The notes beneath the pieces were generated by a model. That model was not told the DNA's origin and did not search any database. It saw nothing but the letters and a program-made list of their open reading frames with translations. DNA of 64,000 nucleotides from Camelus dromedarius (Eukaryota). The position numbers and the translations under genes are program-made. Location: the NCBI RefSeq assembly GCF_036321535.1, contig NC_087469.1, positions 9,734,001-9,798,000 on the forward strand. The letters run 5' to 3'. Of this stretch, positions 1 through 14,200 are shown one piece after another; the stretch's first letter is position 1, and each line of letters begins with the position of its first letter.

Positions 1-2
1 GT

Positions 3-1810
<1,808 letters not shown>

Positions 1811-2651
1811 GGGCTCTGCTCACCTCCTGAGCTAGGAGAGGGCAGGAGTCCTCTCAGCCCATTCCCCACACCCTCTTCCTTTCCCCTTCCTGGATTCCCA
1901 AAGGCCTGGGCCAGGGAAGCCCTCTGGGTTCCAGGCAGCCCTGTCCACCCTGGGCTGTGGGGCCAGTTGGAAAGGTATTTGCAACGGGAAGCATGGGAGA
2001 GGTGGACACTCGTTGCTGAGGACACAGAAGAGGGAGTGGGTGGCTGGGAGCAAGAGGAGGCTCTGTCCTGGCGTATGTGGGCCTTCCTCAGACCCGTCCG
2101 CCTGCTGTTAACACCGGCCCCTTGGAGGAGTGCCAGCGTGCTCGGCTCCTCTCTTATTTATTCTCTCTTCTATTTATACGTGTGGTCCAGGGCCCTCAGT
2201 GGACAGATGACAGCGGGCATTCCTCCCGGGTGACCCTTCTTTCCTGACCCAGGAGGGTAGGCAGTTCCCTCTGGGAGGAGGCTCCCACACCTCCCTCAGG
2301 TCCCCACTCCGACCAGCACCAGTATCTGCCTCTGAGGACACTGGCAGCTCACAGAAAGCCGGGCTGGTGCCCGGATTGGGGGGCAGGTACTCCCCACCTC
2401 CCTGCCTCCCCTTCTGCTCCTCACCCCTCCCTCCCCCTTTATAACCGTTTTTTGTACTTGATGCCTTCTCTGTGAGCAGTGGCTCTGTTGGAAGGAGGGA
2501 GCCAGGAGCCTGGTGGGAAGCCTTCCCCAGAGAGACGGCTTTAGGGGCTTTATTTACAGACTGCGTGATGCTAGAGCAAGAGCAGGGCTGCCCCTCTGTA
2601 TGCTGGGAGATGATGATGTCCATTGCTGTGTGATGGCTTGGAATTTAATTT

Positions 2652-2662
2652 ATTAAATTAAA
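2652..2662 (+). terminator. Probable C2CD2L poly(A) signal (overlapping ATTAAA x2)
   Basis: ATTAAATTAAA about 840 nt after the stop; I saw no earlier canonical hexamer in the 3' UTR. Confidence 0.6.
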
Positions 2663-3630
2663 GTCAAATTGGAGTTTATAAAGTGGACAACTGGTCATCC
2701 TTTGAAATGCTAGGCTAGGCTGTGGTGGTAATGAAGGGGGAGGATCAGAGACAGGGGCCCAGATGTGAGGTGGGGAGGTAAGTGACATGTATCTTGGGTC
2801 TAAGAAGTTCTGCAGGGAGGAAGGGACATGTACAGAGAGGATGGGAGAAAGAGAGTCTTTGAAGGGTGAAGTTGTAGCAAAAATGTCAAACAAACAAACA
2901 AAAAAAGTCCATGGACTAGTACAGGTGTCTTCATTCCCCTCCCTTGAATAGGCTGCTCCTTCCAGACTATAGGAGCATCCAGAGTGCAGACTCTGGATCT
3001 AGACAGAAGAGACAGATTGGGAGGGCGAAGTCTTGTAAGGGTTTCACCATAATAAGAAGTCTTTAATTCCTAAATGTGGGCAAGTTTCAGGGAGTTATGG
3101 ATACTAGCAAACTCTGAGAGCCTGGTTCCTGTTCTCTGGGACCTCACACAGGACTTGAACCAGGCAAACTGCTGCAGGATGTCAGACAGACACTGGACCA
3201 GGAACAGAAAACCAAAGTGTACCACAGACACAGCAAGTGACCTTGAACAGTCCACTTCTCCTTTCTGGACCTCAACTTCCTCATCTCTAAAACGAAGGGT
3301 GCCCTAGATAATCATTCAGGTCACTTCCAGCCTTGCCATTCTGACTTACTACATCACGGGGGCTGCAGGGCACCTGCCTTTGGGTAGGCAGCATGTAATT
3401 GTTAATCTTCCCCATGCTCCTGTCCATACTAGTCAGAGAATATGGGATATTTATTAAGGATGGCAGAAGATGGATATTTGGTTAATTTGCATTTAGTGAC
3501 ATGCCAAATTCTATGTCATAAAACTCAAAGAGATTTATCAAGCTGCCTCCCCTGATCTAAGAAATTCAACTCTTAGTTCACAGAGGAGTGGTTTGTTTAC
3601 CAACATGACAAGACAGCTAAACACACTGAA

Positions 3631-3794
3631 TTTTTTTAAATTTTGAAGTTTTCTTTTCTTCTTTTTTTTGGGAGGGTGGTGAGGAGGAGAGAATTAGATT
3701 GATTTATTTAATTTAATGGAGGTACTGGGGATTGAACCCAGGACCTCCTGTATAATAAACAAGCATACTGCCACTGAGCTCTACCCTCCCCTCC
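3631..3794 (-). mobile_element. tRNA-derived SINE (camelid Vic-1-like)
   Basis: Minus strand reads GGGGAGGGTAGAGCTCAGTGG...GGTCCTGGGTTCAATCCCCAGTACCTCC (A and B boxes) followed by an A-rich tail. 12-bp target-site duplication AAACACACTGAA at 3619-3630 and 3795-3806. Confidence 0.9.
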
Positions 3795-3869
3795 AAACAC
3801 ACTGAACTTGAAATTTCACAAGAAACTTTTGTTAATGGGAGGACAGGTATTCAGATTCCTGTTGGACCT

Positions 3870-4490
3870 ATGGATTGAGTGGATGGTGACTGGAAGTTGT
3901 ACTTGACTTCCAGTGCTGAGCTGCTTAGAACCTCAATGCAATCACGTATTTTGTAATGAGGAAATGCCTGATCACATTTCAAAAACAGAGATTTAAAAAA
4001 TGAACACAAAAGAAACACAAAATACAACTTAATCAGCTTTAGCCATTTTACACTTTCAGAAGAGATCAACAGCTTTTGATGAGTATGAATTGTGCTTTAA
4101 GATTTTGTGTCAGCTTTTAAAGAACAAATCTCCGGATATGTCAGAATTATCCAGCCAAAATTGTGGCTTGTTTTCAAGAGAAGCAGATTGAGATGGAAGT
4201 TAAACTATGCTAGACAGAAAGACACTGTCTCAAATTTTGGAAACATATGTGTGGATCCCAGAGCTATCCGGAAACTTTTGCTTTGTAAAAATTGAGTCTA
4301 CACAGCTCTGTGAATGAACTTTTTCTTCATGAAATTGCTAAATTAAGGCTAAGAGCCATCTTCAGTGGTGTAAGTCTGAATTAAAATAAAGTTAGCTGTG
4401 TGGTTTTGAATGGATAAAGTTGATAAAATACATTTTTGTTACTTTTGAATTACATTTTAAAATAGGGACAGAGCTTAATGCACTGCTGTT
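3870..4490 (+). mobile_element. Possible decayed hAT-type DNA transposon fragment
   Basis: AT-rich segment; a broken frame resembles the hAT dimerisation motif (STQLCE*TFSS). Weak. Confidence 0.25.
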
Positions 4491-4699
4491 AATAAGTAAC
4501 TTCATGCACAAATTTCTGATTATACTATGACACGGCTATTTTATATAGCATCTAAGTTCATTTTATTTATACTAAATATTTAATGTGTTTTCTGATTATA
4601 TAAATTTATATATGTTTCTATTTAGGCTAGAAAATAGAACACAATAAATATCAATACCAATGAACTTTACTAAGGTACATAATTTTTTAAACAAATATG

Positions 4700-5250
4700 T
4701 CTTGAACTCTTAACTGAGTTTCAGCAACTAAGCTAAGTGACGGAGTTACAAAGGGTGAAGAACACACAAAGTCCCTGCCTGCCCTCACAGAACTCAGGCT
4801 GGTGCACAGTACAGACAAGTAAACATGCAAATACAACACAATGTGATAGAGCCGTAATGGAGAATTACAGGAAAGGGATGCCCAGGAAGACTTCCTGGAA
4901 AAAGAAGCATCTTCGCTGAGACCAGAATGAGTAGGAATCAGTCTAATATACGTGGGAAAGGGAGAAGGGGAAGATTGTTCCAGGCAGAAGAAACAGCAAG
5001 TACAAGGCAAGAGAGGAAATGCGGCTAGCTGTGGTGGAGAAACCGAAAGAAATGCGGGGCTGCAGAGCAGAGAGTGAGGTTGAGGAGCACTCAAAACACC
5101 GCTGGAGAGAAGTATGCAGGACTCAGATGCTGAAGGATCTAGAAAGCCTCAGTGCGGTTTTGGGGCTTTGCCCTCAGGCCAACAAAATGCCTTTGAGTGT
5201 TTAAAGCAGGGTGATGGTTTGATCAGATTTGCTCTTTGTTAAGGTCACTT
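4700..5250 (-). mobile_element. L2 LINE fragment
   Basis: Typical L2 antisense phrases (CCCTGCCCTCACAGAACTCA, TTTAAAGCAGGGTGATGGTTTGATCAGATTTG). Boundaries approximate. Confidence 0.6.
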
Positions 5251-5599
5251 TGAGCGCCCCGTCGAGAATGGTTTGGTGGGAAGCAGGAGTGCACGCAGCG
5301 GAACCAGTTAAGTTAGCGTAGACACCCGGGCTGGACGTCGTTCATAAACTAGAGAGGGGGCGGCGAAGATTAAGAACGAGGGGGAGGGGGGATTTGAGAC
5401 ATCCTGTGTTTAAGGGGGTAGAATTCACAGGACTTGGCAATGACTCGGATGTGACGTGTGAAGGAGTAATCAAGCATGACTGCCGGGTTTGACTTGAAGG
5501 AGTCGTTCACTGAGTCGGGTAACACAGATAGAAGAGATATGGGGGAAAGATAAGATGGCACAAGAAATACTGATATTTAAGAAATAAGATTAAGAGGGT

Positions 5600-6450
5600 G
5601 AAGGACCCCCAGTTTGACCGAGCAGGGATGACTGCTCTGGGCACCGAGCACTGCCACCTCCTCCACCTTGCCGCCCACGCGGCCAGCTAGGGCAGTGAGC
5701 AACGCGATGAAGGCGACCCTACTCCGCGCACAGTCCGAGCCTTGCGCATGCCCAGTGGGTTCTGTGCGCCGAGCCTGCGCAGTTGGGGGAATTCGGGCCC
5801 TTGGGATCCCCGCCCACTCGTAGCCTGCAGCCCCTAGGCGCCGGCAGCGCTACCTCTCCGCGCTGCCCGCCGCCCGGCACTCCCGCCCCTTCCGTGTTTT
5901 GGTCGCGCACGGGTTCCGTCAGTCCCAGCTGCGATTGGCTGCTAGAGGGATCCGAGAGCGCCGATTGGCGGTCTTCGGCCGTCGCTCAAGCGCCCTCCCC
6001 AAGACGGTGTGAGGTGGGAGGAGAGCTGAAGAGACCCGAGAGCCGACAGACGGTAAGCTGAAGGCTCCGGGCTTGGCGGGGTGGCGTCGGGGTACGCTCT
6101 GGGCCGGCTGCCGATGCTAGGCTTTCCCCCGGTCGCTTCGGCGAGGCTTTCTCTTGTAGCACGGCCAAGCTGGTCGGCCTGGCGCCTACAGCGTCCCCGG
6201 CCGGCAATCCCGACTCGAACTTCCCTGCTTTCCAGGCTGGGGCTTCACTGCCGCTGACACACGGTCACCACCAGGTCTTAGGGGGAAGCCTGCGCGGCTG
6301 CGGCTGAGAGGTTTACCCCTCTAGTCGGTCTCCTTCCTTCCTTCCGAATTTTACCCGTGCCCCAGGGGCCCGGTCCTCACCGCTTAGTGCAAGCCTTTCC
6401 TGTTTCGCCTGCCCGTTGGGATTTCTTCCGGTACAGCTCTCCCTCTTCGA
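5600..6450 (+). promoter_or_regulatory. HINFP: HINFP CpG-island promoter and non-coding exon 1 (donor after 6052)
   Basis: High CpG density; NRF1-like TGCGCATGCCCA at 5743-5754; two inverted CCAAT boxes (ATTGG 5934-5938, 5964-5968); donor ACG|GTAAGC at 6052/6053. Confidence 0.8.
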
Positions 6451-6633
6451 GCGCTTTGTTTTGGTTGTTATCTAAACACATCAGTCTTATTTCTAATGGC
6501 CAAATTGTGAGGCCTTAGGAGGTTCTGGACCTGGGTCCCTCCTTTTTTTATATACTATTCAGGGTTCATTCGGTGCCTTGAGTTAGAATTTATGCTCCTA
6601 AGTACTTGCTGATTGCTTCTTACTATGACTCAT

Positions 6634-7262
6634 TGATGCAGGAAAAACGGATGTGGGGCGTGAGGAGTGCCGTGTCCCAGGCTTCTGGTGAGCCCCTGGG
6701 ACGTGCCCTTTCAAGTGTGGGTCCTTGATTTCGCACAGGAAAGAATTAAAGAGCGAGCCACAGTTGAGTAAAGGTAGATTTATTCATAGAGCTACATTGA
6801 AAGGCAAGAGAAAGGCCACGAGGTGTGGGGGTTGGGTGCTCAGATTAAAAGTAGGTACATGCTCCATAGACAAGAGTGTGGGCCATCTCAGAAGAGGGAG
6901 ACAGAGTGGTCGGCCCTGAGGCACCGTGTTGCCAGTTTTTATGTCTTCAGGGGCTTCATACGCTAATAAGTGAAAGGACCAATCTAACTAGTCTGGGGAA
7001 GGGGCTGGGATTCCCAGGAAGTTGGCCATTTCCCACTCTGACTTTTTGTGGCTAGCTTTGGACTGCCATGGTGCCTGTGGGCATGTTATTCACCATGTTA
7101 ATATATTACAATGAGTGTATAATAAAGCTAAAGATCTTCTAGAAGTCAAATCTCCCACCATGTTGAGCCTCAGTGCCTACTGGGGGTTGAATCTTTCACC
7201 ATTTTGATGTTAATTGCTGTAGCATTCGTTGAACGGCTGTGCCCTGCCCTCTTCCTGTCTCA
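6634..7262 (-). mobile_element. Solo ERV (class I-like) LTR in HINFP intron 1
   Basis: TG...CA termini; 4-bp TSD TCAT (6630-6633, 7263-7266); minus-strand AATAAA near 6780 and TATA-like CATAAAAA near 6940. Confidence 0.8.
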
Positions 7263-7858
7263 TCATGATGAAAGGAAGTTTTGGAATCCTTGAGGTTGTT
7301 CCTTTCTAGGTCTTTTCGTAGAATTCGTCCTTTGAGCATCTCACCCCCAGAAGCAAGGATACGATAAGCCAGCACATGTTGAGTTCCAGCGGTGTTATAC
7401 TAAGCATTTTGATATCCATTATCTGGCTTAACCAATAAATCAATTCAGTGAGTCAGGCATGATTATTCCCATGCTGCGTGGAAAACCTGGGCTTAAGTAA
7501 CTTGCCTAAGGTCACATAGCTAGTAAAAGTTGGAGCTTTCTATCAAATGTGTTGAATCCTTCGCCCATTGCTGTGATATCAGTATCCTATTTTACATTTA
7601 AGGAAACAGAGTCAGAGAAGCTAGGTGATCTGTCCAAAAGTAAAGTAGTAAGTTACAGATTTACTTAAACATTAAAAGAGCATGTAGTAGGTACACGCTG
7701 GACCTGAAGTTAGAACTGAACAGAGTACAGGCCAAGATTTCTAGAAGCTTACAGCTTATTGGAGGAAACTGACAAAATAGCTACTCAATAAAACATGCTT
7801 TGGGTATTTTGTATACAGATACAATGTCTGTGGGGATGAGAGAATCAGACAAGAAGAG

Positions 7859-8308
7859 TGTCGACTGAAAGTACAAAGCCTAAAAGTTGAGATGTTTTAT
7901 TCAGTTGACATTTCTGAGGACTCAAACTCCTTCGAGCCCAGGATGGTAGCCTCCCAGATGGCTCTGAGGGACTACTCTGAAGAGGTAGGGGAGGAGCCAG
8001 GATATATAGGAGTTTTGCAACAAAGACCAGGTAGTCGGAACGTTAGAAGATTACTTGTTAACTGAAGAAAATCAGACACCTCAAGTTTAAGAATTTAGCG
8101 CTTTTCTATCTATGGGAGGGAGCAAACATTTGGGCTCACTGAAATCATTTCTTTGACAAGCACCTAGCTGTCACATTCTGAGTCCCCTCAGGCTGCAAGA
8201 GACCGGGCTGCCTGTTTGTCTTCACTGTAGGGGGTAGCAGCAGCGACTGATGACTTGATGGCTTCAGCATTCTTTGTTTACTGATATGGTTTGTAGTATT
8301 CATTCACA
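7859..8308 (-). mobile_element. Solo ERV LTR in HINFP intron 1
   Basis: TG...CA termini; 4-bp TSD AGAG (7855-7858, 8309-8312); minus-strand AATAAA near 7897; similar to the LTR at 47747-48203. Confidence 0.8.
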
Positions 8309-8344
8309 AGAGGTAAGATGGGAAGATGTTGGCAGAGAATGGAG

Positions 8345-8535
8345 CCAAACTCCCTGGCTCTCAATTCTGTCTGCATCACTTCCTAGCTTTGTGATCTGGG
8401 TAAATTCCTTAACCTACCTGGGCCGTTTCCTCATCTGTGAAGTGGGGTAATAATGGTGCCTACTTCAATAGGGTGGTTGTATCAATGAATTTTTATACAT
8501 ATAAGACACTTAGAACAGTGCTTGGCATGTAGTAG
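8345..8535 (+). mobile_element. MIR SINE (representative; many more MIR pieces occur across the window)
   Basis: MIR core phrases (CTAGCTTTGTGATCTGGGTAAATTCCTTAACC, TTTCCTCATCTGTGAAGTGGGGTAATAAT). Confidence 0.65.
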
Positions 8536-11292
8536 ATACTAAATAGCTATTATATTCTAGACTGAGCAAACTCATTTGAGACAGGAAACTTGAACCCAGG
8601 TCTTCTGAGAACCCTCATTTGCATTCTTTGCTTATAGAAAGAGGAGTGGGGACCAGAAAGTTACTTTGTCCTACAGCTCCCCAGGGTAGAAACAAGCAGG
8701 GCACAGGGAAAGAAAGTAAAGAAAGCTGGGGGAACAGTGAAAGAGGGATTCAGGGAGCTTTGCCTTAGTTTCAAGTCATTCTGTATATCTAGAGAGCCTG
8801 TCTCTTGGGCCTTATCCACCAGTCTGACAATAGCTATGTGTTTAGAATATTTATGCTTAGCCTTGTGCTGGACACAGTACAGGGACATGGGCATGATGTG
8901 GTATATACTCAGAAGCAGCTAATGTCCAGTTGGGTAAATGAGAATAGAACACAAAACAACCATGAGTGACCATGGGCAGCATAAAAAAAAGGTTGAGGTT
9001 TTCTGGTTTCATCTATGCTGGCCATCAGACCAAGAAGCAGGAGTCATCTGAGGGGCTGGATAGTTTAGGAAGGCTTCTTGGAATGTAGTCATATCCTCAC
9101 ATTTATTGAGTGTCTTGAGGGTACGAAGCTCTGTGCTCATGCTGGGAATGAGAAGTGAAGAGATGGTCCCTGCCCTGAGACGCTCCTAGTCTAGAGGAGA
9201 CACATTCCATTCCATTTAACAGGATGCTGGGATGAAGGTGTGTGTAGAGTGCTGTGGGTACAGGGGGTAGGGTATTTCACCTGTACCTGGGTGAGTTGGG
9301 AAAGGGCTCACCGAGGAGGGGACATTTGGGCTTGAAACATGAGTAGAAGTTGCTTAGGCAGAGAGTTTTAGGAGAATGTAATGTGTTTAGGAACAAAAAT
9401 AATTGAATGAGAGAAGAAGAGGGAATTAATAGACAGGTGTCGGGGGAAGAGCACGATCTTTGGATTAGAATCAAGGCACCAAATGAAGGGAAGTTTGGAA
9501 GAGGGCTCTCTGCAGGGCTGACACATGGTAGGCCCTCATATGAGTTAGTTTCCTTACCCAGCTCCTGGCGAGGTAAGTTTAGGCCAGTTGAAGAAGAGCA
9601 CTGCATGCCATGCTCAATGGACTTGATTCTGTAGGTAGCAGAGGAGGTTTGGGCTGTTATGTCTGACTTTAGACGACTTTCCCTACCTTTTCTTCCCCCA
9701 GATTATGAAAGTAGTCCACATTTTCTCCTAATAGGGCTTCAGTATTATTCTGTGAGCAGCCCAGCAACCCCAGGTACACACACACCCCAGAATGCCAGGG
9801 GTGACTGGCTGCTTCTCAGAGGAGCAGCAAGGCTGTGGATTAAGAGGGGGTTTCTTTGGTAAGCACTTAGGTATAGTAGGTTCTTATACTTACAGACGTG
9901 AAGGATTTTATGCATTTTGTATTTTCTGGGTTTTTCCTTCTCAGTATGTAGTTAAGTTCTTTTTCAGAGTTCCCACCTATTTCATATAGACCAGAGGGAA
10001 CACTCCCTTCCTGGGTACCACAGTGTGGGCAGCAAGAATCAGTGAGAATCCTCAAGCAGGAGACAATAGTCAGGGGACAGAGTCAGGGCCTATTAATGTT
10101 CTTTCTCCCCCCAGAGATTTTGCTTGCAGTGTCATCTGTCATTCTGTTTTGTTTTAATGAGGAAAACTATTCTTTTATTGTTCCTAAAACTCTGCTCCCA
10201 GAACTACCCCCATCACAACTAGGGTGCTAAGTTAAAAGGGCAGATTTCTAGCTTTAACCCCATCCTTCCAAAATCTGAACCTCTAGGGGAGTGCCTGGAA
10301 AACTGCATTTGTGTGCATATTAAAGATTGCGAACTTTTAGTTTTTCATTCAGCTTTTTCAACAAATATTTATTACATGCCTAAGCATGCCTAGTATACAC
10401 CCAGTATATAACTGGACAGATAACTGCCTCTTATGTCAAATGGAATTTACATTTTAGTTCAGAGGATGTTAGGGCAATGGTGGAGTAGACCACTGGATAG
10501 ATTAGGCAAAAGGAGTTTGTATGACATTTTGAAAGTCTAGTGGGGAATTTATGACCTGATACATTAAGAAATAAGGAGCTTCTAGGCTCATCTGTGTGGA
10601 TTAGAAAGAATATGGACTTTGGAGTCAGTGTGACCTATGTGTGGTCTTGAGCAAACCAGTTAACCTCTCCAAGCCTTAGGGCCTTACCTACAAATGAAGT
10701 TAAAAATAGTACCTAACTCAGTGGGTGGTGTTGGTAATTAAATGACACAATGTAAATAAAGTGCTTAGTAAGATGCTTGGTGTACAGGAAGTGTGAAATT
10801 AAAAGCAAAAGAGTTTGTTATCCCTATTTCAAAGGTGAAGTTGTTCAGGAGTAGAAGGGTTAAGTTACTTGGCCAGGGTCATGCAGCTAAGTGGGTGGTG
10901 GACAGAGGAGTCTGGATTTGAACTCCAGTCATTCTCCAAAGCCATCTCTTTGAACTTGAGCATTGTTCTGCCTCCTGTAGGAATAATTTCTTCTTGGCAG
11001 GTTGCTCTGAAGCTTCTTGAAAAAATGTCTGTTAAAGTTCTTAGCTCAGAGCCTGGCACACATTCAATAATGTTAATTTGTGTTCTCCTTTCCCAGGGAC
11101 AACAGACAGCTTCCAGAGGTTTGAGGAACCAGTACTCCATCCTCATTGAAAAGGCATGAGGTTTCTCACAGGTCACTGGGAAAACGCCTCCTGATTCTAG
11201 GCAGGCTGCCTGCCCAGCTGTTGACCCCCAGCAACACTTGGGTGGAATCGTTGCAGCTGCTGATTTCTTTCTACTCCTCTAGGGTGAAGGCC

Positions 11293-14200
11293 ATGCCGCC
11301 TCCTGGGAAAGTTCCCCGAAAGGAGAACCTGGGGCTACAGTGTGAGTGGGGGTCCTGTTCTTTTGTGTGCTCGGCCATGGAGGAGTTCTGCGAACACGTT
11401 ACTCAGCACCTGCAGCAGCACCTGCAGGGCTCTGGGGAGGAGGAGGAGGAGGACCCGCTCGGTAAGGGAGCAGGACACAGGAAGGGAAGGCGCTCACGGG
11501 ATGGTGGAAAATCTGATTTTCCTTGCCCCAGAGGGAGAAGGCAGCCTGCAAGGGCAGTGGTTTATTTTCCTAATTATGTGGGAGTTTTTTGTTTGTTTAT
11601 AAAAACATTGCAGATTGATTATAGAAAACTCATTCAACAGAGATTATGGAATGAACCTGCCATCGAAAGTCAATTATGAGCAATACTTAGTGAACATTCT
11701 TTCTGACCTCTCTCTGCATGTGTATACATAAATTAGATAAATATGATTTTATTTTTTAAAACAGGATCATATTGTACAAACTGTTGGCAACTTTGTTTTC
11801 ACTCCAGTTAGGTATACATTTTACGTCATAACCCTGTACACAAAAGTTAACAAATACTTAAGACAATACTTGCCTTTATTAAATGCTATCTGAAATGTTC
11901 AATCTTATTTTCTATCATTTAAAAAAATGTGGTTTGCTATCCCCTAAATTGATTCCACTACCCACTAATGGTAAACAACACAGTTTGAAAAACAGTGTTC
12001 TATGGGAAGTACAGATAGAGCTCTCGTTCCCCCACCTCCAATTCTGTTTTATGTCTAGTACCTGTTAACTATAACTAATAGCTTCAAAAGTCAAGTAATA
12101 CTTATACAAAAGAGAAATTAGGGGATTATTATATTTTCCTAAGTATCTACTTTTAAAACAAGTAAATCCCTATAAAGCATTGAAAATACGGTGCTCAGAG
12201 AGATGCAAGAGAGACAGGAAATGAATTGGAGTAGTCAGTGGGCCTTCTAGAGAAGGCAGAACATGGGAGAAAGAAGGGCTTTCGGTTTGACAGGAAGGAG
12301 TGGGAGGTGTCCCAGGGTCTTCCTGGAACAGCAGAAACTCCGAGCACATGCCAGCCACACCTGTCGTCTCTGCGTCGCTGGCACTGGGCCTTGTACACAG
12401 TCCCCCTGACTAGACCACAGTTGCCCTCCACCTCGTTGCAATCATACACATGATTATTTGATGTCTTTTTCTCCCTGACTGAAAGTTGTGCAGGGGCAAG
12501 GACTTTTACTTGTTGTATCCCCGGTGCCTGGCACACAATTAGTGGTCGTTAAATACTGGTATTTGCTGAATGAACTCCTGGTAGTTTAGTCAGTCCAGCC
12601 TCCTCACTTGCTGCTAAGTGAACGGAGAGCTTTGGAAAGTATCACACTCTTCCTTCTAAACCCCTTTCTGCAGAGGAAGAATTCTCCTGTTTGTGGCAGG
12701 AGTGTGGCTTTTGTTCTCTGGACAGTTCTGATCTCGTCCGCCACGTCTACTTCCACTGCTACCACACCAAGCTGAAGCAATGGGGGCTGCAGGCCCTGCA
12801 GAGCCAGGCTGATCTCAGCCCCTGCATCCTGGACTTAAAGAGCCGCAACCTCATCCCTGACATCCCTGAGCACTTCCTGTGTCTGTGGGAGCACTGTGAG
12901 GTCAGCAGGCAGAGCTGGTAATAGGGATGGAGGGAAGTTGGGGATCTTAGCTCAAGATGCCTTGACCCTTTCAGGGATGCCCAGTATTCCTGAGGTTTCT
13001 GCTAGTATCCCTCTTCCATTTCCGGGTAGCCCCCTCGCTTAAACTTCCCTGTCCCCACCAAGTTAATTTGGGAGAGAGCCAAGAAGCCCTCTTCGGACAC
13101 CTAAGTGTAAGAGTCCCTCCACCTACCCTCAGTCCTTACCCCAAGTTGCACCTGGCACAGAGCTCCTTCGACAATCCCGAGTGGTTCTATCGGCACGTGG
13201 AAGCACACAGCCTGTGCTGTGAATACCAGGCAGTCGGCAAGGACAACCACGTGGTGCTGTGTGGCTGGAAAGGTAGGGCCACTCCTTAATTTCTGACCTC
13301 CAAAGAAACCCTGGGGTTGCTAAGGGGTTAGGGCAGCTAGGGGTGGGGCCAGTCCTACAGGGCAAGGTTGGCTACTTGCTGGAGAGACTTGGGGGTACCA
13401 CAGCCTACTCTGAGGGTTTGTGGCTGGACCCGACTGGGCCTTCCTTCCCAGACTGTACCTGCACCTTCAAGGACCGCTTTAAGCTTCGAGAGCACCTCCG
13501 CAGTCACACCCAGGAGAAGGTGGTGGCCTGCCCCACCTGTGGGGGCATGTTTGCCAACAACACCAAGTTCTTAGATCACATCCGTCGCCAGACCTCATTG
13601 GATCGTAAGTAATCAGAGTAAAAGGGGAGCGGGTGCAGGCTGTCCTGCTTGGGGTAGGGGTTGGAGGCATATTCCCAGGACAGGAGGCCCCTGAAGTTAT
13701 CTGCGACTTGGCTACATCTGCCTTGAAGGCTCAGTCATCTGCCACGCACAGTCTCTGCTGATTGAGACTCATTAGACACTGTTATTCCGTGCTTACTGTG
13801 TGTCATAGCTCTTCTCANNNNNNNNNNNNNNNNNNNNNNNNNNNNNNNNNNNNNNNNNNNNNNNNNNNNNNNNNNNNNNNNNNNNNNNNNNNNNNNNNNN
13901 NNNNNNNNNNNNNNNNNNNNNNNNNNNNNNNNNNNNNNNNNNNNNNTAATTCAGGTTTTCGAGTCCAAGTCCCATGCTCTTTCCACAATACTATGTCCAT
14001 CCCTAGTTCCCTAGGCTCCCCTTTTCTCTTGGGGGGAGGTTTCCTTCCACCTGGGATGGTTCCCCCCTCCCGGGTTCGCTCTCTTTTGCCTCTTCACCAT
14101 CCCCCACAGCCCACCCTTTCTTCTGCCCACCCCACCAGAGCAACACTTCCAGTGCTCTCACTGCTCCAAGAGATTTGCCACAGAGCGGCTGCTGCGGGAC

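Noticed and set aside
11146-11292. N-terminal extension of HINFP suggested by the ORF track
   Set aside because: Begins at TTG within intron 1; the real acceptor is at 11282 and the conserved ATG at 11293.
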